A program made the position numbers and the translations under genes. Below are positions 27,738 to 42,200 of a stretch of 64,000 nucleotides of DNA, piece by piece. Where the stretch lies: the NCBI GenBank assembly GCA_904063045.1, contig CAJFCJ010000012.1, positions 1,736,001 to 1,800,000 on the forward strand, in the 5' to 3' direction. The DNA comes from Dimorphilus gyrociliatus (taxonomy: Eukaryota > Animalia > Annelida). The notes under the pieces are model-generated. The model ran no database searches, was not told the origin of the DNA, and saw nothing but the letters and a program-made list of their open reading frames with translations. The number at the start of each line of letters is the position of its first letter. Position 1 is the stretch's first letter.

Positions 27738-27866
27738 TGAATATTTGAATTGTTTTAAACAGTGTTATATACAGTATAAACTGATAATTTAAAATGTTAA
27801 TACGATGGTTTTTTATTGGACTATTTATTAGCAAAAAACAATAACAAGATAATAAAAGGAAATTTA

Positions 27867-30800
27867 TTAAGTTTCTTCGTTATTTTTTATATTTTTAGGT
27901 TTTTTGACAAATATATTAATTTCTATGTTGTAACCAAAGTTCTTTGTTAATTTAATATCAAAAATTTCTCTATTTTTCATCTTTTTCTGATATTCAGCAT
28001 TTTTTGTAGCGAATGAATAGCACTCTTCCACATTTAAATCATCTATTCTGTCTTTTTGTACAGGTATTCTACATACTTCTTTACTATTTACCTACAAAAT
28101 TATACATATACAGTATTTATTTGTATATTATAAATAATAACCACATTACTAGTAGAGTATAAAGATTATACTAACCTTAACAATTAACGGTAGTTCGTAA
28201 TTATTATCAACTGGCGGCCATGTTTCGTCGAAAACATTAACATCACCTCGATTTCTAAAACCACAGTATAGTTCTGAAGAGAAACAAGGAGAAAATGGTG
28301 AAAGCATAACGATTAGATCCTTTAAGGCTCTTTCAAAATTTGAACTGTTAGCTATAACACCCTCAGGACATTTCTGTTTAAAAGAAAATCATTAATTTCA
28401 AGTTAGATAATTAACTAAAGTAAATGACAAAAACCTTAAGAAAACTGGTAAATTCTTGAAGTCTGGATAATGCAGTATTAAGGAGAAAAGTTTTTCCCAT
28501 GTGAAAAGTAACCTAAAATGTTTACATAATAAAAAACAGTTTTAATGATAAAAGTATATATTAAATACAATTTAAAGGAAAACAACAACAACAAACCTCT
28601 TTAACAATGTGATTTCTCTTATGATCAATATCTAAATTAAATTTTAATAATTCTGCTTCATCTATTTTTATGTTTCCTTGATGTTTTACTTTCAAGTAGT
28701 CTCCAATCAAGCGCCAAATTCGTTGTTGCCAATGTAAGATACCTTTCATAACTAGTTTATAGTTTTACAAAAATAATTAATACTTATAAAATAATATTCA
28801 TTACTATTTATATTAAATACCGTCTAAATTCCAATGTCTATGCGATTTTGGAGCAACGTTAGCAAGTATACATAATCTCGTTGCATCCGCTCCAAATTCG
28901 TCGATTATCACTTGAGGATCGGCTCCGTTATGTTTGGATTTTGACATTTTTTCCCATTTAATTTCGACTGGCTTTCCAGTTGATTTTTCAATGGCGTTTT
29001 TCTTGTCTAAAAATAAAGTTATTAACAATTTAACTAACAAGACTTTTACAAATAACGTACTTTCAATAAATTCAATCTCGTCGCTTCTTAAATATTTACC
29101 CGTTTCCTCAACCTTAAAGGTCTGTCCCATAACCATTCCTTGAGATAATATATTTAAAAATGGCTCGGGATGAGGCAAAATTCCAAGAGAACATAAGAAA
29201 TGAGTAAAAAATCTTGCATAATAAAGATGAAGTGTAGCTAAATGTGATTAGAATAAAAGACTTAAAATAAATAATAGCTATCAAAAATAGTGTAAAATAA
29301 AATCGTTTACCATGCTCTTTACCACCAATGTATAGGTCAACCGGCATTCCTGCCATAACTTTATCTTTCGAAAATGGTTGGAAACTATTTTTCGGATCTA
29401 AGAAACGTAAAAAATACCATGAAGAGTCTACAAAAGTATCCATGGTATCGGTTTCACGTTTTCCTCCTTCTTCACAAGTACAACTGGAAGAAAAAGATTT
29501 GAAAGACATTAAATAATAAATGACTTTTTACAAACTTTGAGCATCTTGCTTTGAGCCAATCTGCATTGTTTAGTAGAGAGGCGGCACTTCTGCCAGCAAA
29601 ATTTTCCACCTCTGGTAATTTTACAGGCAACTCTTCGTAAGGAACAGGGACAGGCTTTATGCAAATAAAGAATAATCAAATAAAATTTATATTATACAGA
29701 GCAGTCACGCACCCCTTGTTTGGGGCAATGAATAATTGGAATGGGTGTTCCCCAGTATCTCTGCCTTGAAATTAACCAATCTCTTAATTTGGCACTTGTC
29801 ATTTGACCTCCAGCATTAATATGTTTAGCATACTCGGATATGGCTTGAAAAGCAGATTTCCTATGTAGTCCCTCGAAATGACCAGAATTTGTTAGTATAT
29901 TGGGATCATGTGTACTTCTAACTTTAGTATAGCAAAGGTGGTGTTTTTCAGCATATTTTTCGTCTAAATGATTGCCATCTGGTATAGCTAAGTGGGAGTC
30001 CAATTGTTCGTGGAAATATTCAGCAGATTTTTCCACAAATATTGGTAATTTATTCCCATTAAATGGATTTAATGCAGTGATCCCTTCGAGTCTACCATCA
30101 GTAGCTTGATCGTAAAGAGCTAAATAGTGTTCAGGCTTTACAAGAATATGAGAAGCTCCGTAGATGAATTCAGGAGTTTTTGAAAATAATGATAAAACAT
30201 CTAATTTCTCATCATTTTTCTGTTCAAGATAAAATCATTTACAAACTCCTTTCTTTAAAATTTATTATCTTACCTGAACTCTAAAATCAAATTTTACACC
30301 TTCAATCTGACCAATCCAATGCTTTTGTAAATCAACAATATCCCTCCATAAACCTGAATCAACTTCGTCCAAACCATCGAGTAAGTTCTATTACATGTTG
30401 AAAGCATATTAGAATAGATATTCTAAAAATGTTACTACAACAATTGATTTTCAATTACTTTTGCAAATGCTGTTGTTTTTATATACCACTGCTCCAGATA
30501 TTTAATTTCGGCTAAAGCCCCAGATCTCCATGATCTTCCTTCTTCGTCAATTTGTTCATCGGCTAATACAGTCTTATCAACTGGATCCCAATGGACTTTG
30601 GCCTGTTTAAATTATTTATTTTATATTGTAAACTTTATTAATAATCACAGTAAAAATGATAAACCTTTTTCCTATAGACTAAACCTCTTTTGTATAATTC
30701 TAAGAATAGGAATTGAGTCCATTTATAATAGTCTGGATGACAAGTTGTAAATTCCTTTTTTAAATAGAAAACATTATTAAAGTAGTGAATGTATATAAAT

Positions 30801-31433
30801 TATTATTTCATTAAAATTTACTCTATCCCAATCAAAACTACAACATAACGATTCCATTTGACGTTTCATAGATTGTATATTAGCTTTTGTCCATTTGTGA
30901 GGAACTTTACCCCTTTCAATGGCTGCATTCTCAGCAGGCAGACCGAAGGCATCCCATCCCATTGGATGGATAACGTGCTTACCATTTAATCTATAAAATC
31001 TTGCCATAGTATCACTAATTGCATAAACTCTAACATGACCCATGTGAAGGTTACCACTTGGATATGGAAACATTGAAAGAACGTAGAATTTCTCATTTGC
31101 ATTCTATAAGAGAAAATAGTAATTATTACTATAAATTTCAAATGTTTTTAATAATCTTTACGTTTGCTTGACTACTTTTATGATGATTCAGCAGTCGACC
31201 TTTCCAGAAGTTTTCAATTTCTTTTCTTTTCTCATTAGTCAGTTTTTCAGTCTATATACAAAAGAATTTTTTAATCAAAATGATTGACTTCATTAAGTTG
31301 CATAGTTATATTGCAAATGGTGCGTTACCCATTGTCCTGTTTGTCTATATATTTTTCCGTACGAAAGATATTTTATTGTTCTTTGGCAGTTTATATATGA
31401 TGGAACTAAGCGGATAATTGGATTGAATGACAT
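27867..31433 (-). CDS. LARS2: Mitochondrial leucyl-tRNA synthetase
   Basis: [12 protein letters not shown] (HIGH motif), [51 protein letters not shown] and KMSKS. Confidence 0.96.
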
Positions 31434-31823
31434 AATCACTCGAAAACTACTTAAATTTCTTATTGTTGTATTCAATCTACTAATAAAGAAAAAATTCTTT
31501 AAATTAGTAATCCCTTCTTTTATCGCTCACTAAACATGAGTTTAAATTGTGTAGATGGCGCTTTTCCGATTTGCAATAAAAAAATATTTCCTATCTGACT
31601 AGAGCGCAGTAACAGTTTTAAAAAACAAGAATTAATGAAATGGCATTTTCTAAGAAATAATTTTTTTAATAATCATAGATAATTGGAAGACTTTGGTGTA
31701 TTTTTTTAAAATTTTTTACCGTCTTCATTATCGAAAGAAACAATTAGTCATCAACTAACTTAGTTGAAAAATATGGCATTAGTCTAGTTGTCTTGTATAG
31801 ATTTTTTCGTGCATAAAAAAGGT

Positions 31824-32845
31824 CTATTTAGATCTGAGAGCTTGACCTTCTCCTTGGAAAACTTTAAAATTATTATCCTCCGAGAGTTCTTTATTTGGAT
31901 CCTTATTCCTTCTCTTTTCCCTGTAAAATTGCAAATGATACGGATCGTGATTGTAGTTAGGGATTCCTCTTTGACGTCCATTGGTTGTTCGTTGAGGTGC
32001 TGCTTGGGTATTTTTTGATTTTCCATCAATTCTCTGACCTTGCCCCTGAAATGCGCAAAATGCCGAATCAACTAATTCATTTTCTGTTTCATTATCGGTG
32101 ACTTCTTGTTGATTTGCTTGACTTTTAACATTATGCTCCTGATATCCCACTGGAGATGCAAAATCAACATTCATATCGCATTCTATAATTGACACTGCAG
32201 GACCCGGCTTAGTTTCTAAAACGCAAAGTTCATAGACTTTATCATTGTAGTATATTGCTATAACATCTCCTGTTGTTAAACAAGCAAAATGCCTAAAAAA
32301 AAAAAAAGCATACGTATTAGCATTTCATGAATGAGGAGAGAATTTACGTATTATGTTGCAATTGAAGGTAAGCCTATTTTTGATTTTGCTCAATAATGAA
32401 TCACTCGCCTTAAAACGTGTTCCAAGACAGCTTTTGGGTTGGTGAGATCAAGAAAATCGAGACTTTGAGGTTGAAACTTTGCAAATGTGGCTATGGGTAA
32501 TGAAACGTTCTCTACAAGACAGATGTCTCCTTCCTCTAAAAATAAGTTTTTCATCATCCAGTGAGGAACATGCATCTGACCCTCGTCCGCAATGAATTCC
32601 AAAACACCACAATAAGTTTGTCGATTCACATTATCTTTAGTATTCGTTAATTTGAACAGCATAGGGTACTGAATGTTTAATCTCGTCAGCTGATCCAATG
32701 AGGATTGTGGTAAGATGATTTTTCCTCCTTTTTCAACATCGCCTCGATCCACGTGCATCATAGAAACGGAGTAACATTTATACCTTGCGGTAAATTGCGT
32801 TTGATGCTGCATACCATCATCGAATAAACGATTGAATGGGAACAT
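31824..32845 (-). CDS. UFD1: Ubiquitin recognition factor in ER-associated degradation 1
   Basis: [76 protein letters not shown] and SHP-like [11 protein letters not shown] / FQGEGQAL. Confidence 0.96.
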
Positions 32846-33233
32846 GACTTTAGATTTTCTTGTTTGTTAATTATAAGTAAAGTATTCTATCAGAGTGTGG
32901 AAACGGGTAATTTGTAGAGTATTTTAGACTGGTTAATTTATATTACAATATAAGTTCACAATCTTGTCCATAATGGTTGTCTACAATGATTTGTTTTATT
33001 TTCATAAAAAGTTTATGCAGAATTTAAAAAATTAAGAAATATATTATATAACGACAGAGCTATTGATAAATCAAGTTTTAAAAAAAAACCACTCTACTCC
33101 CAAAACTGGTTTAAAATCAACCGGTTTCTCACACAGCTAAACGATAACGTTTAGTCGCCGTGTGGTCGCTGAGGGCTAGTACGGAATTATATCTTTAGTT
33201 AATCTCGGTATTATATGTAGTAAGGAATAAGCG

Positions 33234-35452
33234 ATGTCTGGTTTTAATTTTGGTTCCGCTTCTACTAGTGGATTTAATTTCGGTGCATCGGCTAGTAAAC
33301 CTGCATGTAAGTACGACTTTCACAAGAAAAAGTTAACTGCCTCTACGGCATTTGATCCATATAGAAGTAAAAAACTAATCTGAAAAATTCTCTTTTATTA
33401 TCATTAAACAAAATTATTCGATTCTATATTTTTAAATGCTAATCTAAAAAAAATAATTTTCTAATATATAGCAACACAACCTGGTTTCTCCTTTCCATCA
33501 ACAACGAAGTCATCAGTATCATTCGGTCAAACGACAACACTAGGGCAAAATACTACACAGGCTGGCGCTAGTGGATTTAATTTAGGCACAGGAACAAACA
33601 CTACGACCAGTTCATCTACTTTTTCATTTGGTTAGATAATAAGTTAATGTAAATGATAAGCATAGTTATTTAATGAAATCATTAACTTAGGGAATAATAC
33701 TTTACCTTCGAAACCAACTGGTCTGACACTTCCGCAAGTATCAACATCTGCAACAGCTAATACTACTTCTCTACCAACTTTCACATCCGGTGGAACAGGA
33801 TTTAACTTTGGAGCCAAAACAACAGCTCCAGCATTAGGTGGAATAGCGACCATTTCAACTACCACAGGAAGTACGATTGATCTAATTTTTAATATGTTGA
33901 AAATAATTAATTATTATTCTATTATTTGCAAGCTGCAAGTAATACTACCGGTAGTTTTAATTTTGGTGGTCTAACGAATACTTCGAGTCCTTTCTCCAAT
34001 AATACAACAATAGGTAGTATGAGATTTAATTGTTTATATTAAATTGTTAACAAAAATCTTGATATTCAATTTACCAGCTAGCAAAGGGCTGGGAGGAGTG
34101 GATGCAGCAACAGCTCAAGCAAATGAAAAACAATCTGCAAAAGCTGCTAAAGATGCTAATATACCAAAAGAAATATTACAAACTGTCGAAGAATTCAAGT
34201 ATGACGTATTCTTATTCATAAATTGATCTTAAATCCAGAAATATGTATTTATCTTTCCTTAATAGAAAATTTTTAAATAATGAAAAAAAGTTTAGAGAAG
34301 AAATTTCTCGTCATTCAACGAAAGCTTCTGTTAACGTTGTAAAAGAAGTAAATTCGTTAAAACAACAAGCCGCTTTAGAATCATCTAAAGTTGAAAGAAA
34401 TAAAATTATGATTGAATGCCTAAAACAAGACATTAGGTCTGAATTTCGTAATGCAGAAATGGCCAAGCATACAAGAGATATTCCCGAAACATTACAATAT
34501 GAAAATATCGCACCTGGATTGTAAGAATCTTTTTTTAATATTTAAAATTTATTTTTAAGTGAATTATTTTCTATATCTAGATATTTCGAAACTTTGATAG
34601 AGAATTATGAGCATAGTATGGTTATATTTAAACAGCAGATTGACGATTTAGAACGTCATTTAATGAGTACAACTGAGCAAATAGCTCCTTTAACTGCACA
34701 AGGTAGAAACTTTTCAAATATTATATTATTAAACATGTTATTGAAAAAGAAGCTTCTTTCAGATTTATCCGATGTTATGAAGCAATTACACTCCAGTTTT
34801 ATTTGTTTAGCAGCTAATCTGCAAAGTGTGCACGATAATGTTCAAGTACATATTCTTCATGTAAACAACTGTACAATATAATTAATACTTTCTTTCTTAA
34901 TGCAGTCCCTTAAGGAGCAATTTTTGTCATATTTGAAACTCTATAAAAATGACAACAGAAATGTTTTTGATAAGAAAACGGCTCCAGCACCTAAACCAAT
35001 TGTACCTCCAACAACAATAATACCAAGCAACTCGATTTCTTCACCTGCAGCTGCTGCTGTTGCTGCTGTGTTGAGCCGTGTTCAGCCTCCGTTTAATTCC
35101 AGTAGCTTATCAGGTTAGTTTTAATTTTTCTATTTAAATTCAAAGAATATAATTAAACGTCATTTCATTTTCTCTAGCGCCGACCACTACAACAGCGAGT
35201 AATATGTTTTCAAGTTTTACTCAGCCTTCTTTCAATAGCACTGCGCCTTTAGGAAGCACAGGGTTACGACCCCAAAATGGGTCAAACCTATTTGGATCTA
35301 AACCTCCAACTTCAAATTCAGTTGCAACTGTAAGACCTTTTTCTCCAGCAGTTAATAATACTTTGGGGGGAAGTTTCTTAGGGTCAAATACAACCCAACA
35401 ACCTTTCACTCTACAAAGTCCTCCCATTGGATCGAAAAGAACGAAGAAATGA
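33234..35452 (+). CDS. NUP58: Nucleoporin p58/p45
   Basis: FG-rich N-terminus (GFNFG repeats), KGLGGVD, IPKEILQTVEEF, EEISRHSTK, NAEMAKHT and FKQQIDDLERHL coiled coil, with an FG-like C-terminal tail. Confidence 0.9.
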
Positions 35453-36070
35453 GAGATTGTAACTTATAGTCTATCAGTTTGTCTGTTATCGCTTATTGTT
35501 TTTAATAAGTTGATGCTATGCTTCACCTTTCGTTGAAATCATAGTTCTCAACTTCATAAACTTGAAAGATGTACGTTGTTTAATAAATTGCGTGTAAGCT
35601 GTGGAAAGATCTATTTTATATTTATATAGATATACAGAAAATAAACTAAGAAAGATATACAGTATATATGTATATATAAGTTCACAGTTTGCTTTTATCC
35701 TAACAACAGGAAAAGCTTAAAAGTTTTATATATGTTTATATTTATTTGTGAATTTATTATGCATAGAACAGAAATATATAATTGTGCGTAAGAACAAAAT
35801 TCAATCAGGTTTCCACTCTCCTCTGTTTACCAAAAAGTAATCCTGATTGATAATCATTTTTAATAATTAATAATTCATTTTTAAAGTAGCCGACATTAAA
35901 ACATTAATGTTTTTGTGTGTGGTTTTTTTTTGTCATACTGTACATTTACATGCATATACAGACATACTAATACAGTATATATATAATTTCTCATATAGAC
36001 ATTTTTCCAAGATGTTGCATATCCAGTTTATAAAAGAAGCACCTTTAACCAGTTTGTGAGTAATCTTTTT

Positions 36071-37883
36071 TCAAAATTCATAACGATCCTTCATTGGGAA
36101 AGTGTTAAACATTAAATATACTCTTCGTAACATTAGTATTACAATTGTGGCTCCCAGGATAATCAAAGCTGTGACAAACATCCGGCTTTCACTTCTCCTA
36201 GGACCTCTAACACCAACGTGATCAGAAGGTGCTAAAACACTATCATCATCCTGCGTTTGCTCATCATCTTCAGTCTCTCTATCCAATTTTACTCTTGGTT
36301 CGTTGCTATCTCTGTTAAGCTCTGCTTCATCATTTCTTGCAGGAGAATTACTTTCATCAGTTTTAGTACTTGTTTCAGAAGCATTATTCGATGTTCCTGA
36401 AAGTGGTGTGGATTCTGAATTATTTCTCGATATGGCCTTCGTTTTTTCACCCTGTAAATTAATAACATTTACATAATTACTCGATATAGTCTTCTATACA
36501 AATTCAATTGCGAACCTGCATATCAATTTGAGCTGCTAACTTTTTGGCTTCGGCATTTCCTGCTGCCTTTGATTCTGCAGTCTCTTCTTTCAAAATTGTA
36601 GTAACAACTCCACATTCAGAACATTTTAAATCTTTAGATCTAATTAATTCATTAATTAATTGTTTGATTAAAATATAAATTATTTAGAAAAAAGTACTTT
36701 TTTGCCAATTTTTTCCTCTGCTCCTTAGGATATTCTAATGATCCAATAGCTCCTCTTCCATGCGTTGGCATAAATCCAATAATAGCCAGTAAAGCAGTTC
36801 GAACTAAATGGAGAAAGAAAAACAGCACAAATGTTAATTTATCTAAAATGATAAGCAAAATAAAGTTAAAGTTAAAAAGATATTATATGGAGCATTAGAT
36901 GTAGATTAGATGTATATACTTTATTTATTAATATTTACATGGTATATATACTATGTATTGTTTATGTTTACTAACGACTTACTTGACCAAGATGGTTGCC
37001 AAGTTTCAGGATGATAACCGGATATGCTTAGACAGATTTTTTTATGCACTTCGAATCGACCATTTGGCTGTAGATTACAAATTATAGTAATATATTTTAT
37101 AATTGAAAAAAACAATATATATTTATAGATTTTTTTATCAATATACTTTTTTATAGAATGAATATAATTAAAAGGCTTACTGTGACAAAAAAAATACTTG
37201 GCGGTTTCATAGGATATTCTGTTGGTAAAATTATTCTTCCATGGTAAAGTCCACCCTCAAATTCTGAGTCAGCTGGACCCCGAATTGTAAAGTGCCACTC
37301 GAAAAGATTATCCTAATATATAAAGGAAGAACGTTAAAATATCGCCTATTATAATTTATAATAAAAAAAATAGCAATGTCGTAGAATTCACATTAACGGA
37401 AGAAAAGAGATGTTGCTTTATTGGTAAAATATATGGAACTCAACTAATTCAAGTCTATTTTTCTATCTAATTTTAGAATAAAACTAAGTATTTTTTTCTT
37501 CAATGTTCTAAATTAAATGCTAGCGTTTCGTTCTTTTAGATCGATCGTTTTTATGGCGAAAGACTATAGATTTTTTCAATTGTTTCAAAGAAGATAAACA
37601 AATTTTAAAATAGAACTGAAAATGACATACGTCTAACGGTTGAGCGTGATACTGATCGGTTGATTCGCTAAGCTCCTCCGCTTCTTTCATCAATCGTTTA
37701 ACAGCTGTTGTAAAGAGAATTAAATTTTTTAAAAGGAATAGGCAACATTTTTATGTCATTTATGAAGAGTATTCATGTAAACATAAATATGAATTACGTT
37801 TCTTGTCAATTTAGAAACCTATTTTAAATAATCGTTTACAAAATTTGCCTACCTGGACTCCTTAAACTGTATTGTCCATTCAT
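36071..37883 (-). CDS. UBE2J1: Ubiquitin-conjugating enzyme E2 J1 (ER tail-anchored)
   Basis: MNGQYSLRSPAVKRLMKEAEEL, DNLFEWHFTIRGP, PNGRFEVHKKICLSISGYHPETWQPSWS, RTALLAIIGFMPT, and a C-terminal TM helix. Confidence 0.96.
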
Positions 37884-39561
37884 GGTGGGTTGTTGGTTTG
37901 CAAAAAGTATTTGTTCCTACGAAAACAGTATAAAATCTACAAGTAAATCAAGAATGGGAAACGGAAACATATGACGTGTAATAAGATTTAGACTGGTCCT
38001 ATTTCACACAGAATATTCATTAGTATCCGATAGATGTCGCTAATAATAGGTTAAATACTTAAAAGTTTAAAAAGAAAAATAGCCACAAGAATACTACAGG
38101 AAATGATTAAAAATCTATAAAAATACGTAGTAGACAGATATAACAATATACAAAGAGAAAAATTATTGCAGTAGATAATAAAAAAATATGAAATATTTGC
38201 CGGAAATGCCAGAAAGCTTGGTGCATATAAATAGTAAAATATTTATATTTATTTAATATCAATTATTACAAAATTATCTAGTTTATAATTTGCAAATAGG
38301 TTCTTCGATAATATTGCATGGACCTATACAAATGTCAATATACAATGAAACATAGACAAAACCCCTATAAGAATGTATTACAAAACGTTTATTATTGATA
38401 AAGATTTGATACCCCCTTCGTATTCTTTCTGTACTTTCTTTTCTCTTGAACAAACAGGTCTAAACACCTACAGTATTGGTTTTTAACCATATGTATGTAT
38501 ATTACACAAAAGATCATTTTTTTAAACAATAGTTAGAATGTTTTAACAAATACAAAGGGCAAAGGAATCTTCAATACAAACTAGATTAAATACGATAAGA
38601 GTTTTCCATATAGAATATATGTATATATTATCTTTAATCTCAAAAATGGAAATAATATTTTTATCCTCTTTTATCAATCTTTTAAAATAAGAAATATTAT
38701 CTATTCTATTAAATCTCTTTTGCATACAGAATATGTTTATAATGAAAATAGATTTTGAATGCAAAGTGCAATTTGACATTGTCATTCCTGAGTTGCTTGC
38801 TGATCAATCACCTAATAATGGATTAGTCGATATAAATCGATAAAAGTGTTTGTACTTTGTTTTTTCATTGGTGAACCACATTTCCTTTTTTAACCTAAAA
38901 TCTCTGTTTACATCTCTGTTAAAGAAATATTTAATAAAAATAATTCGTGTTTCTCTTTTTATTGTCCTTTGTCGGGTATTGTTAATAAAAAGTATGAATT
39001 ATTAAAAAAAAGTTTCCTTTTTTTTTAAAAAAAAAACAGAAATTACAATAAAAGCCTAATTAAAAAAAAAATTAGATTTAGTAATCAAACTTTTGTATTT
39101 TTTTTTATTTTCTTGAAAGATCGATTGTACAGAGCAAAATCTCTTGTTTGATGTAATTTCTAAAAGTTTCTTCTTTGATAGACAAACTATGTTTGCCAAT
39201 ACTGCAAAATGGAGAAATTATATATGTATATATAGATTCAGGACACTGAGACAGAGAGGGTTGAGAAAGAAAAAAGAAAAAAACAGAAAGATACATACAA
39301 ACGGACAGACAGAAAGTGAGAAAAAAAGAAGACAGGAAAGGAGAACAAGAGTTTATTTAGTACTTTTATTGTTATTATTATACTTGAGTTCTTTTCTTTT
39401 CTTTTTTTTTTTGCAGTGATCTTACATTAATACTAGTAATAATACTGAATTACGAAGCAAATAATACTGAATGATTATGTGTAGGTTGGCAAAAAATCAA
39501 ATCACCTACAAGCAGAGTGCAGAGAGAAAAATACTGGATAGGAAGAACTGATGGGAAATAG

Positions 39562-39921
39562 TTAATTCCCTAAATGACTCCGCCATTTTACTGGGTTAGT
39601 TGGTGGGATTCCCATATCTTTCTTTCTGTTGTCGGTACTTCTTGAAAAGAAATAGCCGCAAGTAGATTTAACTGCTCCAGTTATAAATGGTGCCATAGAA
39701 TTCTTAAGAATTTTTCCATCTCCCGAACATTCTGGATCGACGTGCTGTTCCTTTTTAGGTTGTTGCCTGGGAGAGCAACTATACATTTCCACAGATGTTG
39801 AAATTCTCGGAGACGAGCTAATGTCTAGAATATGCCTTGAAAATCTATTGGGAATATTCAATTTTTCAAGACGTTTTTTCTCCAAAGCTTCATAAGTAAT
39901 CTTTGAATCCGTAGCGTTCAT
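39562..39921 (-). CDS. Uncharacterised ORF or exon (119 aa)
   Basis: ATG-initiated ORF preceded in frame by an AG acceptor (ccttag). No family recognised and the gene structure is unresolved. Confidence 0.4.
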   Translation of the reverse strand: MNATDSKITYEALEKKRLEKLNIPNRFSRHILDISSSPRISTSVEMYSCSPRQQPKKEQHVDPECSGDGKILKNSMAPFITGAVKSTCGYFFSRSTDNRKKDMGIPPTNPVKWRSHLGN

Positions 39922-41111
39922 ATTCTGTCGTGTTGCTAAGGATAGAATTCAAAAGAGTTTTTAATTTTTTACTTTACCAAGTAATAGAAAACAATTCTAT
40001 AAATTACAGTTTAATAGTATCTAAAAACTTAATTATCTTATCTTTACTAATTAAGTTAGTTTCAAAAAACTTACCCCAACTTACTTTTCTTACCTTAAAG
40101 CACAAATTAAATGAGCGATATTCAAATATACAACAAACCCCCCCTACAACAATATGTCAATGCGATTAACGACCATCGGTTCAATGGCATCTAGGCCTGG
40201 TTTTTAAATTCAATTATGAATTCATAAGTATAGGATTTCATTTCTTTTTAGCATATATAAACTATAGAACGAAATATGATAATCAAGAGTTGGCTTTTTT
40301 TCTCTTCAAATATATGTTGATATATATATCAACTCTATATAAAAGAATCTTTTCTATGTTTTCTTCCATTTTCCAGTAGAGTGAAAAAAAATCAATTATC
40401 AAGACAAATATAATCGTATATACTATTATTTTTCTTTAAAAAAAAAACTTATAATGTAAACCTTAATATTTTTATTAACATCCTTACATTGTTGACTTTA
40501 TTCTATAAAAGTTAAATAGAACTTCCTCTAAAAGTTTGACTTCAATGTCACGGTTAATTTCCTTAAGTTGAAGTATTTGTCACGTATCGGGGTTTTGGAT
40601 AAAAAAAGGAACTTTGGGAATTATATTATTCTATCAATCAGTAAATCTAAATTGAATTTGCTGTATAATCGATAATTGCATCAATAAATCGACAAGTTTC
40701 TATGTATATTTAACAATAATACCATAAATTTCTTTAAGTCATTTTATGATATAAAAACAACATGTTGATACGAGAGGAATATTCTCTTTTTATTGTTTTA
40801 CAATACTTAATTATAAACATCGTAGGCAGATTCTCTATTGTTTTATTAATTGATCAATCTTACTCGTCTTATTAGCAGAGTTTAGAAATTAGAATAGTAA
40901 CGATAGATGGCATTGGGTATTGGTTTAATATTTAACTAGAATTTTGGCGCTATAAACCCTTCTTTAAACTATCTATTGAGTTTTGGCCACCTAGTTGATT
41001 ATTTTATAACATAATCTCACAGTCAAAGTTTCGTGAATATTATTGATGCTTTCTATTCAGTGAAAATATCTTTTATTGATTATATCAATTAAAGTAAACG
41101 TTTAACATGAA

Positions 41112-42200
41112 TTAAATAGGCTCTGATCGGTGAACGTCTAATCGACAATTACTCATTGCATTTTTAAAACAAGTAATCTTTTCTTCTTTTTCATTCAATG
41201 TCCTTTCTTCATATAGCAGTCTTTTACGATCACTCTCTAATTTTCTTCTTTTCCTCTGCAAATCCTCAACTTGGTCTTGCAGAATACTGTCAACAAGCTC
41301 ATTGATAGTACTGGTAGTAACTGATACTTTGGCACCGTCTGTTGCATACTCTGACTGTTTAACATAGTATTTAGGTAGATTAATTTTCGAATGAAAACTT
41401 CTTTTAGGTGATTGTTTTTTTGGCAGCAGACGAATTTCTCCTATAATCTCACCTTCATTAATGGTAATTTTGCGCCATTTAGAATTTACCATGAGAATCC
41501 CTATTTTACCATTGCTTATTTTAACTACTGAACTCAGAGCGTCTAAGCCTGGAGAACCTTGAATTTCATCCCTCGCGTCAAAAATAACCTCTTTCGTTCC
41601 AAGCGGTACGGGTGGACACGAAAAGAAGAAAATGCATCTTTCTTCTGGACCTAGACTGATAGATTTCTCTGTTAAAACATCAGTTAGCTTTGGAACGCTC
41701 TTTTTATTCATTAACGGAAGAACGAAACATTTACGATCCAAGAATAACCTTACAACTGATTGTCCAAAGTCGAATTGAGCCCCTAACTCGTCAAGAATAT
41801 CCCATCCAAGTATAGCATCATCCTTGTCCATATCTTCAACAATAAACGTACAGTCTTTCTCTCCATTACCAAATTTCAATTTATAGGTAACTTTAGTAAT
41901 TTTATTTTCAACTTCATCATTGCCTTTCGACAGTAAATGACAAGTTGAATTTAATGGAGGTATTAAACTAACTAATTTGGAGCTAATTTTTGATGTTTTA
42001 TGGCCTGTTAGTAATATAACTTGAACAGGATAATTTTCAATTCTCATCGATACACAATCAAAAACTTCGTTGGATGTTTTCTTTGATACAGTACCCAACT
42101 GATCAGGTATATTAAAATTAATAATACCACAGCCATTTTCTAATGTTGATAAATCATCCTCAAGATCCCCCAAGCATTCTATATGCACTCCTTTATCCAT
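41112..42200 (-). CDS. Retrotransposon-derived (Ty3/Gypsy-like) aspartic protease-fold protein lacking the catalytic Asp, with a C-terminal coiled coil
   Basis: Intact 362-aa ORF with VQVILLTGHKTSKIS (LDTG-like site reads LLTG) and DAILGWDILDELGAQFDF (retropepsin ILG-D motif). These are followed by a pol-linker/dUTPase-like beta region (SSVVKISNGKIGILMVN...ITINEGEIIGEI). No gag, RT, integrase or LTRs nearby. Confidence 0.7.
   Translation of the reverse strand: MDKGVHIECLGDLEDDLSTLENGCGIINFNIPDQLGTVSKKTSNEVFDCVSMRIENYPVQVILLTGHKTSKISSKLVSLIPPLNSTCHLLSKGNDEVENKITKVTYKLKFGNGEKDCTFIVEDMDKDDAILGWDILDELGAQFDFGQSVVRLFLDRKCFVLPLMNKKSVPKLTDVLTEKSISLGPEERCIFFFSCPPVPLGTKEVIFDARDEIQGSPGLDALSSVVKISNGKIGILMVNSKWRKITINEGEIIGEIRLLPKKQSPKRSFHSKINLPKYYVKQSEYATDGAKVSVTTSTINELVDSILQDQVEDLQRKRRKLESDRKRLLYEERTLNEKEEKITCFKNAMSNCRLDVHRSEPI

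Noticed and set aside
29007-29060. Apparent hydrophobic insertion in LARS2 (and similarly 10634-10684 in SLC16 copy 1)
   Set aside because: These are stop-free 3n introns with GT-AG ends that the ORF track reads through, not real insertions
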